Positions 48,528 through 60,208 of a DNA stretch of 64,000 bases are shown here, piece by piece. Below the pieces are notes generated by a model. That model saw only the letters and a list, made by a program, of their open reading frames with translations. It did not search any database and was not told the DNA's origin. This DNA comes from Curvularia clavata. Lineage: Eukaryota. Location: the NCBI GenBank assembly GCA_023920165.1, contig CP089275.1, forward strand, positions 496,001 through 560,000, given 5' to 3'. The translations under genes were made by a program, and so were the position numbers. Every line of letters begins with the position of its first letter. The first letter of the stretch is position 1.

Positions 48528-50256
48528 TTAGCAAAACGGATCAAAGGTGTTTGGATCGTAGTCCCTCCCTTCTTCGCGCATCTCAACCTCGACTCTACTC
48601 TTCCATATCCCATCCGAAGCTCTCTTCTGCCATTTCTGGAACACACTATAATACCATATCTTTGTGCTGCCACCTGGCGAAACAAAAGTCACTTCGATTC
48701 GTTCAAGTGGGCTTTTCCGACCAAAGTCGTGCCACAAGCGCAGCATCAGGTCCCGGACAACCTTTTGTTTGATCTGAGGCGAGCCCCATTCATCTGGGCC
48801 TGGGTACGAGATGAGCTGGTATGAGTCATATTCCAGGTACATTTTGAGATAAAGCTGTCTGAGGTGGCGAAGCGAAGTCAACGCTGAGTGAATAGATCGA
48901 CCAGCCGCAGAGCTCGACGCTGTCCATGGCGAGTTACCATGCTTCTGTGGCCTGTAGCTGGCGAAGAGCTTCTTCAGACGTGCGACGGCCCATGTCTTCT
49001 GCGTAGCGCTTTCGTCCGGCCACACACTCAATTTATTATTTCCTTGCTTTTTCTGCACTTTCATTGGTAATCGTAATATCTCTATCTCTGGAGCTGTCTC
49101 TGCTAAAGCGTAAAAATGCTCGGGTTCCCATGCTACACTCTTCAAATAATCTGCCTCCAAACTGCGCAGACTCCGTCCATGCTTGGCCAGAAGTGTAGGT
49201 CGTACCTTTTGCATAGCATCGTCATCCAAACTGTGCATCCTCACGTTTCTCAACGCATCAATTGAATTTATAAAGCGCTCAAGAACCTCAATGTCATCGC
49301 TCGCATTCCAAAGGGCGCTGGCAGCCCCATAGTTGTTCTCGAAGCCAAACTTGATTGTCTTTAGCTGTGCAACACGTCCTGTCAATGCTTGAAAAAGGGC
49401 TGTCGGGGTACCCCAGCCAAAATCCAGGGTATGTAGTTGACTCCAATCCATGCAACGTGACCATATCTCGCAGTGCCCTGCAGTTGGAAAGTAATTCTGG
49501 AGCACTGGGTCTAACTTCAATTCTTCGAGTGCCGGGAATATATCACCGTCTCGAAACGGAAGGTTGAGTGGGCCTTCTCGAAGGTCATCGTTCGGTGCGC
49601 CGGAAGCGACACCAACGCGCAAACATAGTATCTTCAGGTTACGGGCTTGAAGCAGACAGCGTTTCAGCTCGTACATTTCCGAAAAGCAAATGGCCTGTGG
49701 TTGGTTTGCAAGAGCAGTAAAGTCCAGGTGGTGCAGATTTGAGGACGAGAGAATAGCTTTATCCATTTTATAAGGTCCACGATCATTGTTGATGTATGTA
49801 AGTCGCAAATTGGGACTATCTGCCAAGAGTGATTGTAACGAAGGTGGGAAAGGACATGGAGCCTCCCATCTGTAATGTGTCAGCCCTTATAACCGTAATA
49901 TGATCCTGTGGAATGTACATTATTTCTTTCAACTGCACCAAATGGCTCCAGCAGTCTACTAGTAGCCTCGCGAGCTCTCCACAAATCGTAGGATTCTGCC
50001 GGGGAGGTTTGACTCGAACACACTGCACTCTCTCGCCGACTGCCTCATTTGGTATGCTCATTCTTTGCAGAAATGTTCTTTCCACATCGTGCGCACCTGT
50101 GAGCGTGATATCACGAAAAAGGAACTCCTCGGAAAGACTTCTGCTTGCGCGACACGCCGCCCGAAGTGCGTGAAAAGCCGCATAATCGTAGTAAAAGAGC
50201 TGTGCAAAGATCTTGGAAATAACGCTCTGTGGTAGGGCGAGAAGTCGAGCAGGCAT
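48528..50256 (-). CDS. F-box-like / LRR-like hypothetical protein, 2 exons
   Basis: LLALPQSVISKIF..LRAACR..LFRDITL N-terminus. Intron 49870-49918 joins in frame (..KEIIWEAPCPF..LADSPNL). LRR-like L..L.L segments follow. Confidence 0.72.
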
Positions 50257-50701
50257 TTTCAGTGATGTGCGCATGTCTCGCGTAGGGGAAGATAAACGTT
50301 ATTGTGGCTGAAGGCAGCCTATCCTTGTTCAAGACGAGGGACTTTGTGTATGTCAGCACTAAACACAATCACGGTATACCCTGGCTATAGCTCCCTGAGT
50401 GTTACAATGGCAAAGTCAGTGCGAGTACCAATAGACTTTTGGAGAGATTATCATCGGCTATATAGTAAGTCAGATATTACTGTATTGCCGGTGAAGCCGA
50501 ATCCCTGGTCCAAGGTGACGGAGCCAGTGATACGTCAAGGGGCTGCGCTCTGGGCCTATTGCCGGAGCAGCTAAATAAGACATACGAGGTACTTAATGAA
50601 TTCCATGTTCGTATCCTCTCCCGGGCATTCTACGCACTCCACAAATCCAAAATAAAAAAAACGATTCTGTTTCTCGATAGCAGGCTTGTTGATTATTCGC
50701 A

Positions 50702-51739
50702 ATGTCAGGCTTCTTACAGTGCTTGTCACACACCCCTTTGATTGGGAAGTATAATCCAGCTGAGTCGGTCTTAGATGAAATCAGCAGCTACACGAGAGAA
50801 GTACGAAAACAGATCGAAAACTTTGACCCGCAGTTGGTCGTCTTGTCTGCACCTGACCACTTCAATGGCTTTTTCTATGACGTTATGCCACCATTTTGCA
50901 TTGGAATAGAGGCAAACTCCATAGGCGACTATGACACTCCCAAGGGCCCCGTTTGCACGGACAGAGACACAGCTGCGAGGCTGGCAGAGTACTGCATGGA
51001 AGATGATATCGATATTGCAGTCTCTCAGCGGATGCAAGTGGACCATGGATTCGCGCAGCCTCTGGACTTCTTACTCGGCGGTATCGATAAATATCCAGTG
51101 ATCCCCATTTTCATCAATTGTGTTGCTCCTCCTTTACCACTCTTCAAAAGGACAAGGGTATTTGGGGAGACGGTGGGCAAGTTCTGCAGTACGTTGGGCA
51201 AGAGAGTTCTCTTCTTAGCGTCAGGTGGGCTATCTCATCAGCCACCCTTGCCTGAGTACGCTACAGCAACGGAGGTTGTCAAACTTCAACTCTTAGGAGG
51301 TCAGAGGAACATGTCGCCGGAAGCTCGCGAAGCTCGAACCCTTCGTACTATCGAAGCTGCGAAAAGGTTTGTTGTAGATCAGAACACACTGCACCCACTA
51401 GCCCCAGAGTGGGACATGCAATTCATCAACAAAATCTCCGAAGGGAACATATCAGCACTGGATGACTTGAAAAACGACACTGTTACGGAGGTCGCTGGAG
51501 CTTCCACGCATGAGGTGAAAACCTGGGTAGCAGCAGCCTCAGCGATGTCAGTTTTTGGTCCATATGAGTCTCTTGGTCAATATTACAGACCGATTCCTGA
51601 ATGGATTGCAGGGTATGGTGGCTTTACTGCAAAATCCATGGAGAACAGAAAGAATACAGCCAGTAATTGCGATCACGACGTCAAGGCGCCGGGGCCTGAC
51701 CTTACTTCTTCTGCGGTAACGGCTCCACTACAATCTTAG
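50702..51739 (+). CDS. mhpB: 2,3-dihydroxyphenylpropionate 1,2-dioxygenase (3-carboxyethylcatechol dioxygenase; LigB/MhpB family), bacterial-type and intronless
   Basis: CLSHTPL, APDHFNGFFYDVMPPFC, MQVDHGFAQPL, SGGLSHQPP, LHPL, STHEVKTWVAA and YYRPIPEWIAG. H10, H53, H115, H179 and E271 fall at the residue numbers I recall for the catalytic and Fe-binding residues of E. coli MhpB. Confidence 0.93.
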   Translation: MSGFLQCLSHTPLIGKYNPAESVLDEISSYTREVRKQIENFDPQLVVLSAPDHFNGFFYDVMPPFCIGIEANSIGDYDTPKGPVCTDRDTAARLAEYCMEDDIDIAVSQRMQVDHGFAQPLDFLLGGIDKYPVIPIFINCVAPPLPLFKRTRVFGETVGKFCSTLGKRVLFLASGGLSHQPPLPEYATATEVVKLQLLGGQRNMSPEAREARTLRTIEAAKRFVVDQNTLHPLAPEWDMQFINKISEGNISALDDLKNDTVTEVAGASTHEVKTWVAAASAMSVFGPYESLGQYYRPIPEWIAGYGGFTAKSMENRKNTASNCDHDVKAPGPDLTSSAVTAPLQS

Positions 51740-51972
51740 ATTGGATTACCGACTGTCGCAGCCTACTTAGGGTCAGAAACAATGAGTTTAGCTGAGCAAA
51801 AGCAACAGTCGTTTCGCTATTTGATGTGCAGGCATGGAGCCCGCTCAGGAGGAACAACACCTCGAGTCGGCCATGCAATTCACTGTGAGTGCGTAGTAGA
51901 GACAGGACAAGATCCAGTTCTACCCTACAGCAGTCCTTCACTAGACTTGTTCTACAAAACAACGCATTGCCT

Positions 51973-52915
51973 TCATACAAGCAGGATGTTCTCATAAGTG
52001 CCTTTTCTGTCGAACAGCTGCTTGCGTTGTTGCCATTCCAGATCAAAAATAAACACCCTGTACATGTACCGGTATCCATTGCCACTGGGTCGAAGACCTA
52101 AAACCCAACGGCACTCGGGGATGAGATACAACCTGTCACCACGCCGCCAAGAGGGTAGCGAATCTTCAAACATATGCCCCACGATGTTTGATCCGATAAC
52201 AAGATCACAAGCTTGCTCGAAGAAGTTGCTTATTTTCGCAATCGAGGAAGAACTCGGCTCTTTGTGGATTACTTGCTGGGTGGGAACTCTGCGATCGCGT
52301 TTTTGATTTTTTCTTTTCCTCGGTTTTCTTTCGTACTGAAGGAACTCTTCCAGCGTCTCGATATGCTCGGATGAATATAAACCTTTCGTTGTATCGGTAT
52401 CCCAAAATTTGAGGCGGAGATAGTCCGGAAATCTTCGTAAGTGTGATTTTGCATCCGCGTGAGGTATGTGCATAGATCTCAGAGCTGCTAGGGTTCTCTC
52501 TTCGATCTCGAGAATTGCTTCGCGTAGCACGTCTGTGTCCTGCTTTTTTTGTACTGCCAGAACTTTTACCGTCATGATCACCTGTCTAAGCGCTAGCGCA
52601 TTGTATACTTTTATTTCAGTACATCTTACGTTGATGTCGTAAAAACTTTTCCGTCTTCTTTTTATACTTTGCAGTACAACCAGGACAAATATCAATCGAC
52701 GATCGGTTCTATATTTTTACCATTGAAGCACTTTGAACAAGGACATAATACTCAATTTCTGGCGTTACGTTGTTTTTATCCTTCCCACACCGTTGTTTTG
52801 ATTTCCATGTTGGAACGTAGGACGGTAACCCCTCGATGCTACTAGGCCCGCTTTCCAAGATCCGTATAAGGTATGATTGAGATTCAGGATCAAAAAGGAT
52901 CCAATCAACAACCAA
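51973..52915 (-). CDS. Hypothetical protein, exon structure unresolved
   Basis: A protein-like 240-codon frame plus an upstream 68-codon frame with candidate splice sites. No recognisable motif. Confidence 0.35.
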
Positions 52916-53116
52916 GCGATAGAAGTCGGCGGCGTCGTGAACACTAAGATATTATCATGGCAAACCCCCGCCCTAGGTGCAGTTGGTATGATCCGTTCAT
53001 GAGCGAGAATCTAAAGCAAGTTCACAAATACGGTCGGGATGGGATTTATCTATGCACTAGACAATGTAAGAATACGTAATGCTGAGCCAGTATTCCCCCT
53101 TCATGTGTCCTGTATT

Positions 53117-54967
53117 CTACGAAATCTCCCATTCTATGTCGGACGTTGTTTGAAGCAGCGCAGCTATGCTGCTCCGGATCTTGCAAGAATTATATCTCTT
53201 CGGATGTCCAAATATCTTGGCGTCAGGGTCCCAATGCCGAGAATCAAGCACGATGATGCCAGATCGTACGCGATACTCGCCCTCATGATTCCAGATCCAG
53301 ATGCAGCCCTTATACCCTGATTCATCGTCGTTGTCCCACCAATTGACCAATGCCAGCCTGTAAAGCCCAGTCTCAAGGCCAAGTAAGATTTGAGGAGCAT
53401 CTATTACTTCGGACAGCTTTACCGAACAATCGTGGTCTAGAAGAGAGTAGGGGAGATTGTTGTCTGAGGATTCACGTGGATAGTACGACAGCCAGTGAGA
53501 AGGAATTTCGGGAGCTTTAAAATGCAGCCTCGCTACCTCGGTCGTACAATGTACGTCGTCCATTGCGATTTGATGTTCCCGATCTTCGTTTGTAGTGAAA
53601 TGCGCATGTGCGATGTAAAAGCCGGCTTCGCAGCCCTTCCATCGGTCGTACATGGGGTACCAGGAGTCATGGAAATACACTCGACCCTTCCAGCCAGCCC
53701 AAGTCCATGATGGAAATCTCTGACGACGTATAGGATGGGCGTCATCCCTGTGGTACCATGACAGCGCACACACCAGGCTTTGTCTTCGAGCATCGATAAA
53801 GCGCAGATCTTCGAGCACAAGTGGCAAACCCATAACTGTCGTAGAGCGGTAGATGTCTTGGGATTTTGGGAATAGTAGGACGTTAACCGCTTCCACCACA
53901 CCCATCATCGCGTAAATGGCGTCATCGTCGTAGGAGATTTCCCTGCGGGTGTAGTCAGATATTAGATTGCACACAACTCTCATGTAATTGCTAGGGGTCA
54001 AGTAAGATAAATTCGCAAAATGTGAGCGTGGTCCAAAGGGCAAGCTACTCGAGACCTCGGAGAGTTTGGTCTCACGATACTCCCGCTTCTCATGTGCCTT
54101 CCACACCCCTGCATCAAGACTGAAAAGCTCCATACAAGACATAGTACGGCACTCTCAATAGCATTGGTCTTCAATGAAACAAAGTAGTCTTCGTGAAAGT
54201 CTGGCCTCCTGGAAAGTCCACCCGCGAGTACTCCATTTGCTGCCACTTATCTTTTCAACGACAGATGGAAACATTATAGATGGGAGCCGGAATTTGACTG
54301 GGCTTCTTGTCGCGCAAGCCCAGTCATCGTACGTATATCGTGATTGGTTCACTCCTGGAAGGCCATCATTCGCATTAAGTCCACAAGCGGCCACTATGGT
54401 CACTTCAGCTTGACTGTAAACAAGATGCATGTTGACCAGTTGTGAGGCTCTAGCGCTGTGATTCGTCTGCTCGATGCAATATTGATCTACCCAAAGGTAA
54501 TGAAACCCAATCTTCTTCGTGACTTCCATTGCATCCGTGATGACCGCAGATGCATTCGGTGGGACTTTGCCATCTTGTATAGGCGGCTGACTGACACCGC
54601 CCCAGACATAACTCAATGCAATGTACGGTTTTGAAAAATTATGTCGACGAATCTCGCGAGTGTTGCAATCGATTACGAATAGTTCGAACGGCGTCTGGTC
54701 CGGTCTTCGGCAGTGTGAATGTGAGTGATATTTTCTGCAATTTCGTAGCCACTGCTTGGCCACAGAACCATCGAAATACGTAGGTATTTCTTGCCTCTGC
54801 CAGCAGGTCTTTCGAGATGGGTACCAAGTGAACAGCTTTCTCAGTTCTTCCATATCGGCCAGATGAACGATAGCGTAGGACGTGCAAAGGCGAGGACCGG
54901 ATGGAGAGTGCGAGCGTCTTAGAAAGGTACAATTGCAATGTGACAACAGTGATTCAATAGAATTCAT
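53117..54967 (-). pseudogene. HET-domain gene (TOL-like) interrupted by one in-frame TGA
   Basis: YIALSYVWG, LWVDQYCIEQ, MHLVYSQA, RGWTFQE, then QCY*ECR (TGA at 54157-54155) continuing in frame to FPSWTWAGW. Confidence 0.85.
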
Positions 54968-56101
54968 ACGCCAGGCTGAGAATAAAATTAGCTACGAGGC
55001 TGAGGATGCAGAACCCCGCACAATCAAACTCAAGGCAGCCACATCGCGCACGACTAAGCTGGATTTGAAAGTCGGTGTAAGCGGTGCATCTTTGCATAGC
55101 CACCTTGTAAATTCAACGATTCTACCTACGAGGGATTGACTTACCTATTTTGCTCTGAAATTGAGCATCGTCTGAAATCATCATCTTCCATTAGCATTTC
55201 AGTGTTGTCGCAATTTATCGAACTCACTTGGGTTGCTCTAGTCGGCATCTAGGGATCCGAATCATAATGCGACCATGAATGAATTGTAATGTATAGGCAT
55301 TTAAATGCTGACATGACTTAGTGGTCGTGTAAACAGGACTCGGGTTCCACGCTACTTGATGCAGAAACGGTAATCCGCCATTCCATATTCAGTCACCCAA
55401 CTCCTTGTCGGGTGTCTTCCGGATACTGTTTTCTGTCAGCCACGGCATATAGGTCGTTACAACGTACTTCAAACCCCAAACTTTGAAAGAAATGCGAAGA
55501 AGTCGAGGCGCTATACTCAATCTGATTTCTTTCTTGGTGGCTCATTAGCTATGCTATAGGGTGACTAGCAGCAAGAAAGAGTATGCGTTGAAAAAACAGA
55601 AGAATCAAGAGCTTTTCACTCTGGTAGTAACTCGGCGGTGACTTTAGTGCGCAGGGGCAACAACAGAGCGGTACTTAATATTCTAGGTTTTCTTTGCGTC
55701 TTTGGACAGGGTATTCCCTTGATTTGGCTGCTTCAGGTGGCCAAAGACCCATAAATGGACTCACACAGACACTAGAAGCATAACAACGGTGTGACAGAGG
55801 CTAAGATCTCCTTTAGCGAGGCTCGGCGCTGGTGGTGGAAAATACAGCTTTTATCCGCGCAGCGATGTTCGTAGAAAGGCATAACGCTCGCTGATTGGTG
55901 AGGGCGCTGGTAATCAACAAACCTCCAGCGCTTAACGCTGGCTGGACCATTTCACAAAGTAAAAGGAGGGTAACAGTAGAAAACATAATCGGATAGATCC
56001 TTGTACGAACCGATTCGACCAACTCCACCGGTAGTCCTGGACTCTGCTCTGCGCTCTATTGGTGCACCAGTGTGAGGCCGACGCAAGGCTGTATATCCAC
56101 A

Positions 56102-56180
56102 GCACTGCCCCATAGACAAGTTGCACTGCCCCACAGCTGAATTGCACTACCCCACAGCTGAATTGCACTGCCCTAGAGAC
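56102..56180 (+). repeat. 21-bp tandem repeat (~3.8 copies) upstream of a HET gene
   Basis: GCACTGCCCCATAGACAAGTT / GCACTGCCCCACAGCTGAATT / GCACTACCCCACAGCTGAATT / GCACTGCCCTAGAGAC. Confidence 0.85.
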
Positions 56181-56278
56181 AAAACGAGTTTAAACCCCTC
56201 CCATTCTCGCCGTTAATCTCGATCTTGGATTATCAACACACCTGGATATACCTGCCGAAAGACTGAATTCAGTTCAGA

Positions 56279-58378
56279 ATGTTATGTCAAACTTGTCTTA
56301 CTACAATCAAAGCTGCTTACGAACACTTGGATTTCGCCATTCCCTGGATAACATCTTGCCAGTCCCTACACACACCCAAAAACCTACTGTTTGATCTCTA
56401 TCTATCGGCCCTAAAAGGCTGTTGGGTTTGTCGACAACTGTGGGCACGGATTGTACCTCACGACAACAACAACATCACGGAGTATGAGAGCGACTTCTCA
56501 GAACAAGATAGCAACTCCGCTCAGCTTGATGATCGCCTTAAAACTGCATTCCAGTTTCTAAAGAGGCTGCGAAAGGGCAGAGATCAGCCGATCCAATTCG
56601 TGATGTCGCGCAAAGGTGCCTTCTTTACCCTGAGAGTAGGAAGATTGGATCTCGTTCTCAAGCCAACATCAACGAACGAAGCAGTTCTGAATACTTCTAA
56701 GAGACTCGATACCGCTAGCGGGTCATCTTCAGCGACAGGGAATCCCAAATTGTGGAGGCACTGGCTTCGTACCTGCTCAAGGACTCACAACAAGTGCCAT
56801 GGGTCGAATCACAAGCTGCAGCCATTCGCGCCTGATAGGCTTATCGAGGTAATTAGTGATGATGATGGGAATTCGTTCGCGTGGAGGCTTGTTTGTCGCG
56901 CTGACATTGGTAACGTTGAATACCTCACACTAAGCCATTGCTGGGGCTTATCTGTGCACACTAGCCTAACGAGGGAAACCTACTCTGTTTTTACAAGGAC
57001 CAACAAATCTTCCGGACTGCCCAAATCCTTCCAGGATGCATTTTGTATTACCTTCTCATTAGGATTTCGTTTCGTTTGGATCGATTCGTTATGTATCATC
57101 CAAGATGATCCAATGGACTGGAAAGCTCAAGCATCAATGATGCGATTGGTCTACCAAAATGCTTGCTGTAATATCGCTGCGACATGGGCAGCCGACGGCG
57201 ACGATGGCTGCTTTACGACAGGAGGATCCCAGATAATCACATTGGATCTCGGACACGGTGAATCAACCAAACACCAGCTATTTTCACGATTTCTCTACCA
57301 CGATGATAATACAGAAGCTCCACTTAACACACGCGGATGGGTCGCTCAGGAGCGATACTTGGCAAGGAGGCAGCTCAATTTTGCTAAGAGCCAGGTATAT
57401 TGGGAATGCCGAGAACTCATCGCTTCTGAACAATTTCCTGCAGGCATCCCAGAACCTTTACGGGACTTTCTGCCTTACAATCAAGCGTCACCACCCAATG
57501 GAAAGCCAACCTTGGCTTATACAAGTGAAGAAGAACGTCGTCAAGCCTGGGCCGCACTGGTGGACTTCTACTCAAATTGCAACTTTTCTAGATTATCAGA
57601 TAAAATGATTGCCCTTACTGGCCTAGCAGAAGATATGAGGCATGCAATGGGAGATGTATATCTGGCAGGACTATGGAAAAAAGATCTCCACAAGCAGCTA
57701 TGCTGGTCAACAGATTTTGATGTGCGAGCAAGAGTCAATCGCTCTAGGACACCAACCTACCTGGCGCCAACCTGGTCTTGGGCGAGTGTGGATGGGCCAG
57801 TGATGAGTGATCAGGCATATTACATCGCAAACATGGAAGTTTCACTTTGCATCGAGATCCTGGATGCATCCATCCTCTCAAGACACTCTTCTGGGCTACA
57901 TAGCTTCGTCGCATCCAGCTTAGTCCTGAGAGGAATCGCCTTTTGGGCTCAGGCTATCATGTTAGAAGGGTATGTCGACGGCCTTTGGGAACTTCAATTC
58001 ACTGATCTTGACAAAATTCCCTACTGCTTGATGAACATGCATGTCTCTATTCACTGGGATGAGAACATGTCTGGTTCCGAAGAGAATCCAGAACGATGGC
58101 CAAGTTTCCTTGAAGAGCGAAATTCAAATCTTCTATGTATGTTTGTGTATATCGATCTTGCGGATTTAGTCTCGAAGGGTTTATTGCTGAGAGCGGTACC
58201 TAGCGCAACAAATGAGGTTACATATGTTAGAATGGGCACCTTTACAGCCTGGGATGGAAGTATCTGTAATTTGTTGTCTGTGAGTCCCAATTATCCAATG
58301 GGTTGTTCAATTGCGGAAGATATAAATCTTGACGATGCTGGCTTAGCAGATTTAGTTCATACTGTTACTATTGTTTAA
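56279..58378 (+). CDS. HET-domain protein
   Basis: N-terminal C-x2-C..C-x2-C, YLTLSHCWG, VWIDSLCIIQDD, MRLVYQNA, PLNTRGWVAQE, QVYWEC, YLAGLW and APTWSWAS. 699 aa. Confidence 0.92.
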   Translation: MLCQTCLTTIKAAYEHLDFAIPWITSCQSLHTPKNLLFDLYLSALKGCWVCRQLWARIVPHDNNNITEYESDFSEQDSNSAQLDDRLKTAFQFLKRLRKGRDQPIQFVMSRKGAFFTLRVGRLDLVLKPTSTNEAVLNTSKRLDTASGSSSATGNPKLWRHWLRTCSRTHNKCHGSNHKLQPFAPDRLIEVISDDDGNSFAWRLVCRADIGNVEYLTLSHCWGLSVHTSLTRETYSVFTRTNKSSGLPKSFQDAFCITFSLGFRFVWIDSLCIIQDDPMDWKAQASMMRLVYQNACCNIAATWAADGDDGCFTTGGSQIITLDLGHGESTKHQLFSRFLYHDDNTEAPLNTRGWVAQERYLARRQLNFAKSQVYWECRELIASEQFPAGIPEPLRDFLPYNQASPPNGKPTLAYTSEEERRQAWAALVDFYSNCNFSRLSDKMIALTGLAEDMRHAMGDVYLAGLWKKDLHKQLCWSTDFDVRARVNRSRTPTYLAPTWSWASVDGPVMSDQAYYIANMEVSLCIEILDASILSRHSSGLHSFVASSLVLRGIAFWAQAIMLEGYVDGLWELQFTDLDKIPYCLMNMHVSIHWDENMSGSEENPERWPSFLEERNSNLLCMFVYIDLADLVSKGLLLRAVPSATNEVTYVRMGTFTAWDGSICNLLSVSPNYPMGCSIAEDINLDDAGLADLVHTVTIV

Positions 58379-60208
58379 TGTAGTAGGAACAAACATAGAA
58401 CGTTTCTGATAACACCAACGTATCTTTGATTATACCTTGTCCAGAATTCTTTACTATTATGTGGAGTTTGTTAACTGCTCCATGTGAGGATCTAATACTA
58501 TGGCATTCATTGCAATGTAAGTTATCTAGAAGTGCAACAAGGCTTGCGAATTGTGTATATCAAGGATCTGCCGGTACTTAGACGTGTCACCCGTGAGTTT
58601 AAGAAATGGACGCTGTACCTCAGAATCTCATCCATCCTCCGAGACACCTGATCTGTGATTGTGCTTTCGTGCAGTTCCCACGTTGTCAAGCAGATGCGCC
58701 ATCGAAGGCACAGCACCCATGCACATCATTCGCCCAAGAATCCCCAAATCTCATCCTGTTCATTGGAGTGAGGGTAGGCACGACTGCACTTATATCACAA
58801 TACCCTAACATACCGATACCGTCTACGAATCGCTGCATGCCAGAGGGCATAACCGTAACATCCTCCAGCTCCTCTCACTCTCACCCGCCATAGGAATTAG
58901 AGCAGAGAACGGTCTGGTCTTCGGAGTCCTCTAGTGACTCAAGTTGAACTCACGGGAAGAAGGTTGGAGTATTCCCACATGGAGGAAAGACGACGATACG
59001 ATCTGTTTGTTTGTGAAGAGGCCGTTGGCTCAATCAGCCTTGCGGATCATCTAATCCATCAACAATTTTACATCCACTTCTTTGGCGTGCATGTGGCGCT
59101 GTACGAACTCTTGGTATGCCTTGGGATAGAAATATAATGTGGACGATCACGTGCCGTGTCTCTAGGAGCTCCAAAGCATGGTTTAGAAGAGTTGGCGAGT
59201 GCGATTTTGTTCCGACCATGTCAGTCCTCACATCACGTAACACAGCTACAGTAGCCAAAACATATCCGGAGAGCCACAGGAACTTGATATAGAGTACATA
59301 TATTCGCCTAAAAACAAGTCCAAATCATACTACTTCTTCCCCGTTTATATGCTGAACAACATAAACATCTCCACACATCATGACCACTATCATCATCATG
59401 TTCTCAGACTCAGCCACTCAGCTCGAACCAGTTCATTCGGGTATCAAAATGCAGCAAACCCTATCGTCTCTATCTATGCGAATAGCGACCGTTTCGAAGA
59501 ATGGAAAACAAAAAGAAGGGGGACATAAACATACAAGCTCACTGTTGAAAGCAGTGGAGAAGACGTGTAAAAAAGTGGGGATGCGGTTAGGCATACAGAA
59601 GGTAGAAGAGAAGGTAACGTGAACATGAAGAAGAGGCCGTTGAATGAGACGTGAAGAACGAAAAAAAAAGTACATAATAACAACATGAAGAAGTGAAAGA
59701 AGATACCGAAATAGAAGAAGAGGAGAAAAACGTATCCTCGGCGGCTCGACCGAACCACGGAGAGGGAAACAACTAGCTTCGCTCCAACCGCCGAATCGCA
59801 CGTAATCCGCCAAGGAAAAGGAGCCATGTTAACACAAAAGTGCTAAGATCCATCCGGATGTATTCCGCGTCTCCCCGTTAACCACGTGAAGGATGTGTGC
59901 CGTGTGAGAATGTATTTTGAGGTAAAGTTTAGCAAGGGGTGTGTATTTGGCCCCTGTGTAAAAATTATGAATGGGCGGAGTTATCCCCGTTGAAAGGATA
60001 AACTCTGTATTCCGATGGAAGCCGTGCGGTTTGATAAGCTTGTTTTTGGCCGAGAGGGGCTGGACCATTTTGTGCAGTCTAGCTGCTTTGCGTTGTAGAG
60101 TTCCTTGCTTGCTCCCCCGTCACCCAGGGATGCAACGCTGCCCAGCATAAAATAGCCATGTGCACTTTGGCTGACGCACCAGAAAGGCGACTTCCGCCAG
60201 TAAGAAGG

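Noticed and set aside
51740..51997. Possible remnant of bacterial mhpC downstream of mhpB
   Set aside because: The translated frames do not resemble an alpha/beta-hydrolase N-terminus.
56102..56180. CRISPR-like appearance of the 21-bp repeats
   Set aside because: Contiguous tandem units without spacers, in a eukaryotic context with no cas genes.
58500..59260. Protein-like minus-strand fragments with stops
   Set aside because: Could be a pseudogene, but no family is recognisable by eye.
59433..59827. Phe-rich ORFs resembling membrane proteins
   Set aside because: Artefact of GAA/A-rich low-complexity 3' flanking sequence.
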